NCBI GenBank assembly: GCA_964016885.1 | Contig: OZ024741.1 | Span: 64,170,001 to 64,234,000, forward strand | Direction: 5' to 3' | Origin: Eledone cirrhosa | Taxonomy: Eukaryota | DNA: 64,000 bases | Shown: positions 12,386-24,256 of the stretch, one piece after another | How positions within the stretch are numbered: the first letter of the stretch is position 1 | How the letters are laid out: each line of letters begins with the position of its first letter | Made by a program: the position numbers and the translations under genes | Notes under the pieces: generated by a model | Databases searched by the model: none | What the model was told of the DNA's origin: nothing | What the model saw: the letters and a program-made list of their open reading frames with translations, nothing else

Positions 12386-14490
12386 TCAGCTAATGGGTAC
12401 AATTTGTACTACTAGAACGTTTAGGTTTATAATAAAAGTATGAATTAGAAATAGCATGGGGCAAGAAGAGAATATCTCAGACTTTCTATTAAGTAAAGAT
12501 GCGCTAGAGAAGATTATAGAGTGTGTCTCGAGGATACAGAGATTACAAAACTTAGTATGTGTAGAAAGGTGGTTAGAGCGTGCTACTAAACGCCAGTTAA
12601 GGCTATATGGTATATTAGCTATCTTAAGATCCCAGACATAATGTGCTAAAGAAGTAGAATTCTTAAACTTAACATGCTTGAAATTAGAGATATGAGAGTT
12701 AAACCTAGTCTTAAAAGTGTTAGATGTAGAGCCTATATAAGTTCTATTAGAGGAATTAGTTATAACTTCGCAAGCATAGACAATGTTCTTAGAAAGGCAG
12801 TTACCGTTTAAAGGGCAATTAGCACTCACTCTACAATTGCACTTCCGGGTGTTATTGGTTGACTCAAGTGGTGATACATTACACGTAGGATTGCTATTAG
12901 ATAAGGACTGTCCTGGTGGTAATGCATTGCCAGATCTGTTCAGACTAGTAGTATGTAGAGAGGAGAATCCATCCCTAATTTTCCTATTGTTAGTGCTAGC
13001 TAAATGAGAACTAATATTAGGGGTGGTAGAGAATGAAAGTTTAATAACATTTTTATTAAAAATACTATGGTATTTATGAGAAGGGGGGAAATTTTTCTCT
13101 AAGATAGAGAAGAAAGACCTAGGGATATTAGTTGATACTTCCTGATTATATGGCGGGTTAAAATAAGTGTTTAATCGCCTTATATTTTTATTCTTACCGA
13201 CTCTACCATTATCGAGTATCCCACCATCGAGACTAGGGTTACTACAAGGATTAGTTAAAGCCGCATTCATAGAATCAGCCAAAATTTCATTAAGTCTATT
13301 ACAGTTTCTACCTCCAGTAGATCTGCTGCTGTCCGGAATCCCATCATAAGGATCAGGGCCAATGATAGGATCAGTAGGAGCAACATTATCAGAATAAGAT
13401 CCAGCTAAATTATCACCAATGTGTGAGCGCTCAGGGGGTTCAACTTGTTTCCTAGAGGTATTATATTCACTATTACGGGTTCGGTGGGTTAACTTATGGG
13501 TGGGTTCAGATACACCTATATAAATTCTACAGTTACTATGTTTGCTACTCACATTCATGGCCATGTTATGTGATATTATGTTATTATTATTAAAGGTAGA
13601 CGGAGACTTTCTAAAGTTACTATTATTATAATGTATTTTACTAGAGTAACCTGAATTTGCTAGGGCATTATTATAGTACTCCGCATGTTCATTAAATGTT
13701 CCTACGTCCTTAGAGAGTGTGGAAATCCTATTAGATACACCCTTAATTATAGAGCTTATCATAGACTTGGGGTGGTTAGAATTGGGACTAACATAAGAAA
13801 GTATTTCATTAGGCTTATGGAAGGGTTTAAAACTATTAGTGACCAAGTCCAAAGTCACATCTAAAAAGTTAACCGCTCTATCATTTCTATCTATCGTGAT
13901 CGAAAGGTTATAGCTTTTAAAAAACTTATAAAGCTTCTTCTTATTATGTTCTACATTGTTGGTGCTAGAGTTAATTACAAACAATGCATCATCACGATAT
14001 AGTCCGCCTATAAGGTGCGGGAAGGTAGCATATAGTTCATTAAGGAGGAACAACCCAACAAGATCAGTAACCTGGGCCGAATCACTCGAACCCATTGTAA
14101 CGTCGAAATTGTTGGGCGTGTTTTTACGGGTCCAAAATGTGTCCTCAAATTTAATAATAGTTTTACGGGCTGCTAGTATAATATCTACCTGTGATCGTGT
14201 AAGGCTGGACACTCTCATGGCCAACATTAAAGCTTTATTGAGGAGGACGGGTGAAATTGATGTGTAGTAGGCATCAATATCGAATTGGATAAACTTATCA
14301 GATTCAAGTCTATTAATCCCGGAGAACCAATCTATAACTTCCTTAGTGTTCCCCCATAGGTTAAAATTAACCTTATCCCTAACATCTGGTATAATAAGGT
14401 CAAGGATTTTTTTACTGATAATGGCTATATCAGACTTAGAAGGACAGATGAGTCTAACAGAGGGGTTACTAATAAAATCAACCTTATGAT

Positions 14491-14491
<1 letters not shown>
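12386..14491 (-). CDS. PLE reverse transcriptase / GIY-YIG endonuclease, 5'-truncated
   Basis: Frame is open upstream of 14227 (DHK..P.VRLICPSKS, QFDIDAYY); FDVTMGS, GLYRDD, NFLDVT, CNCR...CPLNG.CL, NIVY..YIGST..FKTR. Confidence 0.88.
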
Positions 14492-14527
<36 letters not shown>

Positions 14528-14623
14528 ACGTTAAGACCCTCTTCCTGCTATATCAGGCGTTAACCTAATATATCCCTTCCATATACTGTACTGATTGTGT
14601 TGTTATTTCTGTTTACCTTTTAC

Positions 14624-14688
<65 letters not shown>

Positions 14689-14929
14689 GTTAGAAACTCA
14701 GAGTAGTCTCTTACAATTAAATAGCTCTAAGTAAAAAGCTTTTCCGAGCCGTGTAATATAATTGAATAAACAAGAGAGATGATATAGGTTTGTTATTTTT
14801 CTTAATTTACTACTTAAAATTAAGTCTGACAAACCAAATTGCTGTAGTTAGTATTTTTTCACCCTAGCAAACCTAGTCCTTACGATTCGAACACATGTAT
14901 GTTTATATTAGTGTTCATCTCTCTTATAC

Positions 14930-15023
<94 letters not shown>

Positions 15024-15429
15024 GTGTGCGCGTGTGTGTGCGTATGTGTGCGTATGTGTGTAATATATTATAATATATTATAATAGTGTATTAGAGCACG
15101 AAGAAAAGTAAACGCCATTTTTCTTTTTTTTTTTTGCTAATACCGTTATCATGCAGCAAAAGCATATATCACTAATTATAAAAATTCAGAAAAACGGTTC
15201 ATCAGAAGAATACTTAATAGAGTGTACGTAGAGAAATTGATTTATCGTATCATATATTCAATGGAATAAAAGCCACCTTTCTTGCACTTCACGTAGAAAC
15301 ACCAGCATTTATGCTAGGGACTTTACGTAATTTTCGAATGAAAATGCATATCAACAGTGATAAAACACAGGAAGACGGAGAGGAAATCATTTTGCATAGA
15401 GAGGAAATCAAATCACATAGGAATAAAAT

Positions 15430-15774
15430 GTCAGAATGAACTAAAACGTTTTTAGAAGAATTAAGGTCATTCATTTTATTCTTAAGGTTGATAAGGTGTC
15501 CCTGGCCTCGATAAGGGTTTCTTTTGAATTTATGTCCTCGTATAATTTTAGTTAATTCATTTTCAAAATGTGCTAAGTTTTCATTAAATGGAGGATTTCT
15601 TCTGGAGTTAAATAATGAATCGAGGTTATTATGTTCCTTTCTATAAAAATTTCCTTTTAAGCGCTCGTCATGGAAATATGCGATTCATCTAAGCCTCTGC
15701 ACGAAAGAGTCCTTTTTTTCTCTCAAAAGTTTTCTGTATTCAGTTTTTCCCGGAATAGGTATGTCTTTAAGTGA
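15430..15774 (-). pseudogene. Inverted N-terminal fragment of a Naiad-like PLE ORF
   Basis: Translates SLKDIPIPGKTEY..FVQRLR*IAYF..NPPFNENLAHFENEL..VLVHSD; the stop sits at a position normally Trp. Confidence 0.65.
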
Positions 15775-15779
15775 AGTTG

Positions 15780-16947
15780 TGATGCTGTAGTAATCCATGT
15801 TATAATAGAAGTAGAGACCATCAATAGTATCCGATATAAGAGTTAGCGCTCAAACAATCAAGGAGCAGGTATTTGGTCTCTGTATTCATAAATCTTTTAA
15901 GACCTTTTACAATGTATACAGCTAATGTTCTATAACTTATTCTACGAATAACGGTTAATTTTTTACACATATATATTTTTACACATATATCTTTTCACAC
16001 ATTTCTTCTCACATATTTCATTATATTCTACAATGTATTAATCCCCTTTTCTCTGCATTATTAAGCCTTTCACCTTCTTTCTCTATTGACGTAAATTTTT
16101 CGTTCAAACCTTCGTAGATTTTGTAAACAATCTATGACGTCATATGTCTTTCTACGTTTATAAACCTTTCTAGCAATTTCCTTTATTTACTTGTTGATAT
16201 AAAATAATAATCAAATACTATACCACACATATATAAATTTTTAATAGTAATTTTTAATTTTGACATAAATAGACTATTCTTATTTTTATTTTTTATTCTA
16301 ATCTATCTTATTTTATTTTATTTTATTTTATTTTTATTTTATTTTTATTTTATTTTTTAAAAAAAACTTTTTTTATAATTATTATAATTATTTTTAATTT
16401 AATTTTTATTTTATTTTATTTTATTTTATTTTATTTTATTTTATTTTATTTTATTTTTATTTTTTATTAATACATTTTACACTTCTTAATCCAATTTTTA
16501 GTATTCAAACTCAATATTAAATAATATACCCAGTTTCTATATTCTAGACGACTATTATTTGTAATATTAGCACATTTATTTATTTTTTATTATTTTTTTA
16601 GCCGTTATTCACAGCTGTTTTTTCCTTTTTGACAGCGTTCCCGATCAAAAGGATCTCTCTCTCTCTTTCTCTTTCTCTCTCCTCCTTCTTTCTTTCTTTT
16701 TTCCTCTCTTCTATTTCTTTTTCCTCTTTCCTTCTTCTTTCCTTTTCTTCATTTTTCCTATTTTTTCTCTTCTCTTATATTTTTTGTTATATGTTGACTC
16801 GACACTTTCTTGTTCACAAGTGTTTTTAGGCCTCATATCATGTTACCTTATTTTATCTGATGAGAACACAATTTTTGTCCCAGGATGATGTTGTTTTCGA
16901 AATGCGCATAATAAAATATATGGAACTTTTTTAATCATCTTTTAATT
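15780..16947 (+). mobile_element. 3' end of a Naiad-like PLE (C-terminus, 3' UTR, hammerhead) ending at (TA)n
   Basis: ..FGLCIHKSFKTFYNVYS* (stop 15923-15925) aligns with the C-terminus at 24257; 3' end homologous to 25135-25270. Confidence 0.75.
16851..16916 (+). ncRNA. Type I hammerhead ribozyme with palindromic stem III (dimeric type)
   Basis: ttttat CTGATGA gaacacaa..ttgttttc GAAA tgcgca TA ataaaa. Confidence 0.85.
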
Positions 16948-16959
16948 TCTTCTTTATAC

Positions 16960-17107
<148 letters not shown>

Positions 17108-17286
17108 ATACATACTTACATTTATGTATCAGCTGTGCTAGGGCGAGAAATAAAATTCTAATTCTATTTTTAATATTCGGCAAGGCCAGCCGTAACTCAC
17201 CCGGCATGCACATGAGGCTACTCAGCCGATGTGTAATTAAGAAAATACTATAAATGTTCAACCATTCAACAGACTGGCAGAGATAT

Positions 17287-17329
17287 ACAGTCCTGATAAA
17301 GGGTAATGAACCAGAAACATGTTGGTTGT
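17287..17329 (+). ncRNA. Decayed hammerhead-like motif (C3.A8 mismatch)
   Basis: acagtc CTGATAA a-gggt-aatga-acc-a GAAA catg TT ggttgt. Confidence 0.4.
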
Positions 17330-17427
17330 TCCTGAAAGCCAGTGTTGAACAAACAGGTGACGATCGGACACCGGCACAGCTTCAAATCGGAGTGTTTGTT
17401 TACAAACGAATCGAACATTATTATTAT

Positions 17428-17548
17428 TGTTCAAATCCCGCCGACGTTAACTTTGCCTCTCATCCTTACGGGGTCGATAACATAAAGTACCAGTAATACA
17501 CTGGGTAATTGCTGGCCTTGTGCCAAAAGTAGAAACAATTATTATTAT
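17428..17548 (+). mobile_element. SINE 3' part
   Basis: gttcaaatccc..ctttgcctctcatccttacggggtcgataa..gtaccag..ggccttgtgccaaaagtagaaac then (ATT)n. Confidence 0.8.
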
Positions 17549-17590
17549 TGTTTAATATAACCCATAAGTACATATATGTATATGTGTGTT

Positions 17591-17692
<102 letters not shown>

Positions 17693-17694
17693 TA

Positions 17695-17975
17695 TGCCAG
17701 CGAACGTTTCCACGAACCAAAGTATGGTCTTCCTGTCTTCCTCCGGTTGCAACGTTTTTTGAAATATCCACTTCTGCGTTTACAGATTGACTTTGTTAGT
17801 TTCAGAAGATCCCGTTAAGGGTGAAAGCAGCGATTCTTTGCTTAAACTTTAATCTGTTATTTTAATAAATATTTGCTCTACGGTTCTTATATATATATAT
17901 ATATTTTCCTTATCGAGCCCTCTTTGGATTTTAGTCTTCAATTTTATTATTATTACTATTATTATTATTACTATA
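17695..17975 (+). mobile_element. Short PLE-type 3'-end insert, same family as 42953-44120
   Basis: Homologous to 43855-44120; ends in (ATT)n-ac-(TA)n. Confidence 0.75.
17798..17848 (+). ncRNA. Hammerhead-like motif with variant core CAGAAGA
   Basis: agttt CAGAAGA tccc-gttaa-gggt GAAA gca..tgc TT aaact; all three stems pair. Confidence 0.65.
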
Positions 17976-18757
17976 TATATATATATATGTATATATATAG
18001 TGTGTAACGAAGGAAGTGAGGTAAGGAACCAGATGGACCATAACGCACCAGAGTACTCAATACTTAGGGTAATAGAGTGGGTAATAGGAAAATGTTTAAC
18101 CCCGACGGCAGAGCTCAAGCCGTTTCGACGGCTATTTCTGGAGTCCAGAAACTACTTGAGCTCTACCGTCGGGGTTAAACATTTTCCTATTACCTACTGT
18201 ATATAGTTCAGTAATTTTGTTCATTACTTGAGGCTGTACCATGAATAATCCCTGCTTAGAGCAGAGTTTGTGTATTGTGTGTGTATAAGAGAACTAAGTT
18301 TCATTTATAAATGTTTTTGTTGGATATTGAACGTTACATATATTTCACGTCTAATAAGCAGATTTGTGCTGGTGCCAGGTATTTAACATGGATTAGATCC
18401 TAGAGCCGATCAACTGTGAAACATACGTAAGGTTCCATATTCCCAAAAGAAAACAATTTAAAGTGAAGCTCAGTTCTCCAAATCATCCATAATGTATATA
18501 TAGACGCAGAGAGAGAAGAAATTATTTTACCAGAGTGAAATATTTAGCCATTAAAATATACCTGTGACTATAATGTATATAACCGGTTAATTTAATTTTC
18601 TATTCGATCCCCTGTGTTCACTATATTTAAAATTAATGCACTGATATATGTAGCTATTTATATCAGTGGGCGTATTTTTATTTCTACTGAAAATGCTATC
18701 AATATATTCCATGAGCACGTCTATATCAATTGTGGGGATGTAATATATGCCTTATTT

Positions 18758-18802
<45 letters not shown>

Positions 18803-18971
18803 AAGAATTCATATATAGTAACATATATATACATACAGATGCATATCAATGCTAGCAAATATATAGGTTTTGTCTTAATAACAGTGTGGTTCAATGCATG
18901 GGGTTGCAGAACAATAATATAAGAGACGTAAAATAAGAAAATTATAAAATTAACTTACTTACTAAAATATC

Positions 18972-19054
18972 ACTTCCAACTAATTAGTTTCTGGAATGGA
19001 GTAAATATATTTTCCGAAGAATAATATGGAGAAGCATTCCGTCGTCAGGAAAGT
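18972..19054 (-). ncRNA. Type I hammerhead (inverted copy, 523-bp family)
   Basis: Reverse complement of 19243-19325. Confidence 0.8.
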
Positions 19055-19242
19055 CTATTCTCATGTAAGTTTCCAGGCAATGTCACGTGTTCGATTCTTT
19101 TTGAATTTGCCACAGACGTAGAGGCAGTGATTTTCTCAATGGCTTGGAATTCAGTCCACGCTTCGCTATTTCCTATCCACTGAATTATTTTTTAATAAGT
19201 TTCCAGTGTCCTCGCTTTGCCTGGAAACTTACATGAGAATAG

Positions 19243-19325
19243 ACTTTCCTGACGACGGAATGCTTCTTCATATTATTCTTCGGAAAATATATTTACTCCA
19301 TTCCAGAAACTAATTAGTTGGAAGT
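19243..19325 (+). ncRNA. Type I hammerhead (523-bp family, unit 1)
   Basis: actttc CTGACGA c-ggaatg..cattcc-a GAAA ctaattag TT ggaagt; palindromic stem III. Confidence 0.82.
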
Positions 19326-19765
19326 GATATTTTAGTAAGTAAGTTAATTTTATAATTTTCTTATTTTACGTCTCTTATATTATTGTTCTGCAACCCCATG
19401 CATTGAACCACACTGTTATTAAGACAAAACCTATATATTTGCTAGCATTGATATGCATCTGTATGTATATATATGTTACTAGATATGAATTCTTTATTAT
19501 TATCTCCAAATTATTTGTCGAGCAATATTGGCCATGACTGCTGCTACGGTTGTAGGCAGGCGGCTGTCTTATTAGCAAACCACTTTCCACTGATTGACCT
19601 CGATGTCACGTGTTCGATTCTTTTTGAATTTGCCACAGACGTAGAGGCAGTGATTTTCTCAATGGCTTGGAATTCAGTCCACGCTTCGCTATTTCCTATC
19701 CACTGAATTATTTTTTAATAAGTTTCCAGTGTCCTCGCTTTGCCTGGAAACTTACATGAGAATAG

Positions 19766-19848
19766 ACTTTCCTGACGACGGAATGCTTCTTCATATTATT
19801 CTTCGGAAAATATATTTACTCCATTCTAGAAACTAATTAGTTGGAAGT
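19766..19848 (+). ncRNA. Type I hammerhead (523-bp family, unit 2)
   Basis: Same motif 523 bp downstream. Confidence 0.82.
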
Positions 19849-19925
19849 GATATTTTAGTAAGTAAGTTAATTTTATAATTTTCTTATTTTACGTCTCTTA
19901 TATATATATACATATGTATATATAC

Positions 19926-20003
<78 letters not shown>

Positions 20004-20011
<8 letters not shown>

Positions 20012-20220
20012 ATACTTTGGGAGGGTCATGTTGCCAATAAGAAACACACGCACCAGTTGCTTTCACTTCAATTTATTATATATTTATAAATTTATAAATT
20101 TCTGGTTGGTTGGTTGGTTCCACAACCAGATAGTTGTTTATATATAGTCATAGTCCTTTCGTCACACACTCTGTGACCTCCTCAGTGACTGGGATTCCTT
20201 TCTTTGTTTCTGTGCCTTTC
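20004..20220 (-). mobile_element. Solo PLE 3' terminus (same family as 61272-64000)
   Basis: Near-identical to 61272-61510; abuts (TA)n. Confidence 0.8.
20146..20190 (-). ncRNA. Minimal type I hammerhead
   Basis: agtca CTGAGGA g-gtcac..gtgac GAAA ggac TA tgact. Confidence 0.8.
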
Positions 20221-20489
20221 CTAAAGAATCTTGCTAAACAAATTCAGAAACGAAATATATATATATATATGTATGTATATATATTGTTATACTTGGGGAG
20301 GGTCATATTTGTGAAATATTCCCAGAATTAATAACAGAACACACTCACTGTTCGGTTGGTTTTCGCTTTTCGCTTCTGTGTCTTTTATATCGGTAATCTA
20401 ATATACTCGGTCCTCAATGTTGCCATTGACTGACCGACGGTCAAAAATAATACAGATACAATATAGACACAAACACATATATATAGTTT

Positions 20490-20531
20490 ATCATAAATCT
20501 TTCGTTGCACATCTGCAACATCGTCAGTGGT
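20490..20531 (-). ncRNA. Minimal type I hammerhead (weak stem I)
   Basis: acca CTGACGA t-gttgca-gatg-tgcaac GAAA gatt TA tgat. Confidence 0.7.
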
Positions 20532-20741
20532 GCTATTGTTTCCTCCTGTTGAATTGCATGGCTACGCCATTTTTATTCAGTCTGTCTATATATTTATTTG
20601 CTTGTTTGTTTATTTATTTTGTCTTCTTTGCGCATGCGTTTGCGTGTGTGTATAGTGATTTGTTTGATGTGTGATGTGGGTTCGTGATTGGGTGACTAAT
20701 GTGTGTTTATGTGTTTGTTGTTATTGTGCTTGTGTATGTAT

Positions 20742-20772
<31 letters not shown>

Positions 20773-20796
20773 TTTTATTTTATTTTATTTACTTAT

Positions 20797-21880
20797 TTAT
20801 ACTTCTCTTAGGTTAGTGTTGTTTGTTTGGGTGTTGTTGTTATTCCATTCATTCTTTCTCTTTAGTCTTGGTCTTCTAAGTTCTATTTCACTGGCCTCTC
20901 TGATTGGCCTATCTGCTGGGTCATTTCTATGTTTAGATATTATTCTAATTTCTATGTTGTCTATGTTACCGTCATGTTGTTGTCTGGCATGTTCGTATAG
21001 TACTGAACCGTTTTTTCGTCCTTTTAGTTCCCCCCAGTGTTGGTCTATCCTTTCACCTATGCTACGAGCTGTGTCACCTATGTATGTTGTTGTCATGTTT
21101 CTGCAGGTACTCTCTGTACATCTTATGCTATAGACTACGTTTCTAGTTTTACAGTTTATCCGGGGGTTTACCTTACATATGATACATTTCCTATTGGTAC
21201 AGTGGGTTTTCTTAAAAGGGTAGGTTTTGCTGATCAGGGACTTTATGGTGGTTCCTGGCTTTTCTACCACCTTAATTTTTAAGTGGGTCTTTCTCAGGGC
21301 ATTTCTACACTGGTTAGCTAATTTCCCTCCAGGGGTAGCGTCCACAAACATGACACTCTGGTATTTCTGGTTGTCGTACCATGAGGTGGCTTTCCCTATC
21401 TTATGTCTAGCCCTATCTAAGCTATTCCATGATTTGCTCCTGTATAATGGGCAAATTCCTTTCATGTCCAGTTCTATGAGGGTCTTATACTTCTCCATGG
21501 CTCCTTCGTATACTCTGACTCTGTCTCTTTGGTTGTAGCCAGAGAACTGCATGCGGTTGATGAAGTGTTGGATGTGTCTTTCCATTTCGGTTGGGTCGCA
21601 CATGCGGGACACATTCTTCATCACTCGTACCAAATCTGCGATCAGAATATTAAACTTAGCACTACTGGACATTGCTGAGTTTTTGAGTATCAGGTATTTG
21701 GAGGCCATGGGTTTAGCATAGTGTGAGTGGAGAATTTGGGCTCTCTTGTCTATAGTGTTAATCCAGAGTTCTGTGTCTAATACAGGTAGTCTATTGTTAG
21801 GTTGTTTGGAAGGGAAGTCGATAGTTACAGTTATACTCTGGTGTATGGAATTAGCTATCTGCTGGATGCTTTCCATTGTG
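20797..21880 (-). CDS. PLE RT thumb plus GIY-YIG endonuclease, 5'-truncated
   Basis: RLPVLDTELW, C..RKCIIC....NC..RNVVY.I.C...C....YIGDT.RS..ER..QH, EA.EI...P.L. Confidence 0.85.
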
Positions 21881-22341
21881 CAGGAACCACCATAAATTCC
21901 CTGATCAGCAAAACCTACCCATTTAAGAAAGCCCACTGTACCAATAGGAAATGTATCATATGTAAGGTAAACCCCCGGATAAACTGTAAAACAAGAACCT
22001 TAGTCTATAGCATAAGATGTACAGAGGGTACCTGCAGAAACATGACAACAACATACATAGGTGAGACAGCTCGTAGCATAGGTGAAAGGATAGACCAACA
22101 CTGGGGGGAACTAAAAGGACGAAAAAACGGATCAGTACTATACGAACATGCCAGACAACAACATGACGGTAACATAGACAACATAGAAATTAGAATAATA
22201 TCTAAACATAGAAATGACCCAGCAGATAGGCAAATCAGAGAGGCCAGTGAAATAGAACTTAGAAGACCAAGACTAAAGAGAAAGAATGAATGGAATAACA
22301 ACAACACCCAAACAAACAACACTAACCTAAGAGAAGTATAA
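21881..22341 (+). CDS. Inverted duplicate of the PLE GIY-YIG domain (truncated)
   Basis: YIGETARSIGERIDQH; near-identical to the minus arm. Confidence 0.8.
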
Positions 22342-22607
22342 ATAAGTAAATAAAATAAAATAAAATAAATAAATAAATAAAAAAATAAATAAATAAATAC
22401 ATACACAAGCACAATAACAACAAACACATAAACACACATTAGTCACCCAATCACGAACACACATCACACATCAAACAAAACACTATACACACACGCAAAC
22501 GCATGCGCAAAGAAGACAAAATAAAATAAACAAACAAGCAAATAAATATATAGACAGACTGAATAAAAATGGCGTAGCCATACAATTCAACAGGAGGAAA
22601 CAATAGC

Positions 22608-22649
22608 ACCACTGACGATGTTGCAGATGTGCAACGAAAGATTTATGAT
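22608..22649 (+). ncRNA. Minimal type I hammerhead (plus arm)
   Basis: Same motif as 20490-20531. Confidence 0.7.
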
Positions 22650-22920
22650 AAACTATATATATGTGTTTGTGTCTATATTGTATCTGTATTATTTTTGACC
22701 GTCGGTCAGTCAATGGCAACATTGAGGACCGAGTATATTAGATTACCGATATAAAAGACACAGAAGCGAAAAGCGAAAACCAACCAAACAGTGAGTGTGT
22801 TCTGTTATTAATTCTGGGAATATTACACAAATATGACCCTCCCCAAGTATAACAATATTTGTTTCGACACACGATTTCATATAAAAAACCTCGCAAAACT
22901 AATATGTATATATATACATA

Positions 22921-23068
<148 letters not shown>

Positions 23069-23196
23069 CATATGTATACACTTATATATATATATACATA
23101 TGTATACACTTATATATATATATACATATGTATATACATATATATATAAATAAGGCATAATATAAGATCAAAAGATGGTTAAAGGAGTTCCATGTA

Positions 23197-23263
23197 TTTT
23201 ATTATGCGCATTTCAAAAACAAACATCATCATGCAATAATATTTGTGTTTTCATCAGATAAAA
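23197..23263 (-). ncRNA. Type I hammerhead
   Basis: Reverse complement of 25174-25240. Confidence 0.82.
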
Positions 23264-24256
23264 CAGGAGAACATGATATGAAGGCTAATAAACACTTGTG
23301 GATAGTGCAGTTTTAAATCAACATATGAAAAGTGGTTTTAGATTGATGTGTGATATTGGGAAAAAATATTTTATTTAGAGAGGGGGGGGGGGGTTGGAAA
23401 GGATGAAAAGGGAAGGAGATGAGAGGGAGAGATGGGTGATAGAGAGAAAGAGATAGTTTTTATAACTGAGAGGAGATATATTTTTTACATAGAGAGGTTG
23501 AAAACCGTTGGAAGATACTGTATAAATTAAAAATTTTGAAAATTAACGAAGGGAGGATATGTGCGAGGAAAAAATATTTTATTTAGGGAGGGGGGATGAA
23601 AAAAGGGGGAGGAGATGAGAGTGAAGGTGGAGAGGGAGAGATGGGTGATAGAGAGAAAGAGATAGTTTTTATAACTGAGAAAAAGATATATTGTTTTAAC
23701 ATAGAGAGGTTGGGAACCGTTGGAAGATAATGTATAAATTAAAGGAATTTGAAAATTAACGAAGGGAAATTATGTATGAAGATAGAGAGAAAAAAATAAT
23801 AATTGTGGATGAATATTCTAACGTCAAAAAAAGAAATGTATATATTGTGGCAATTTCAAAATTAACGAAGAGAAAAATTATTAAGGTTTGTGTGTAGAAG
23901 GATTTGAGAAAAATAATGTAAAGTTAAAGTTTGTATATTGGTTGAATTGATAATATATGCGAATAAAGAGTTAATATGTATTAATAATGAGTTCGTTGAT
24001 GGGGAGAAAAAAATAATAAATTAAGGATGAAATTGAGATTAAAAAGATTTATGATAGAGAGAAAAAATAATAATGATTGCGGATGAATATTGTATATGTT
24101 ATGATTTTACAAGGTGAAGATAGAATGAGGGTAATGAGTAAACAAGTATTATAGAGTGTATAATGCCCTTTAAAGTAAGGTAGATGGGTATATTTTAAAG
24201 AGGTGTATGTATATGTGCCTTTGAGAAAAGATTCTAAATTGATAAAGAATTGAATA

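Larger units (their letters stand above)
10448..14492 (-). mobile_element. 5'-truncated Penelope-like element (Naiad-like), flanked by (TA)n on both sides
   Basis: RT plus GIY-YIG ORF, about 1.9-kb AT-rich 3' region, terminal hammerhead. Confidence 0.9.
18801..19898 (+). mobile_element. Retrozyme-like element: 523-bp unit in about 1.6 tandem copies (19081-19898) plus inverted 5' arm (18801-19080), in (TA)n
   Basis: Repeat period 523 (CTGACGA at 19249 and 19772); 18801-19080 is the reverse complement of about 19217-19497; no long ORF. Confidence 0.85.
20283..22905. mobile_element. Penelope-like element as a head-to-head inverted pair (minus arm 20283-21880, plus arm 21881-22858, tail to about 22905) in (TA)n
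   Basis: About 980-bp near-identical inverted arms; RT thumb and GIY-YIG coding; hammerhead in each arm. Confidence 0.9.

Noticed and set aside
15430-15774. In-frame TGA in a Naiad-like ORF as possible selenocysteine
   Set aside because: It replaces a conserved Trp in a fragment; Cys codons of the zinc-binding motifs in the other Naiad-like frames are ordinary TGY.
19375-19706. Short ORFs in the 523-bp unit (VESGLLIRQ vaguely like a GIY-YIG C-terminus)
   Set aside because: Requires several frameshifts, is antisense to the ribozyme and is not preserved at 40376-40990; too weak to call.
21802-21936. N-termini of the 379-aa and 179-aa ORFs
   Set aside because: Read-through across the inversion junction at 21880; not real starts.
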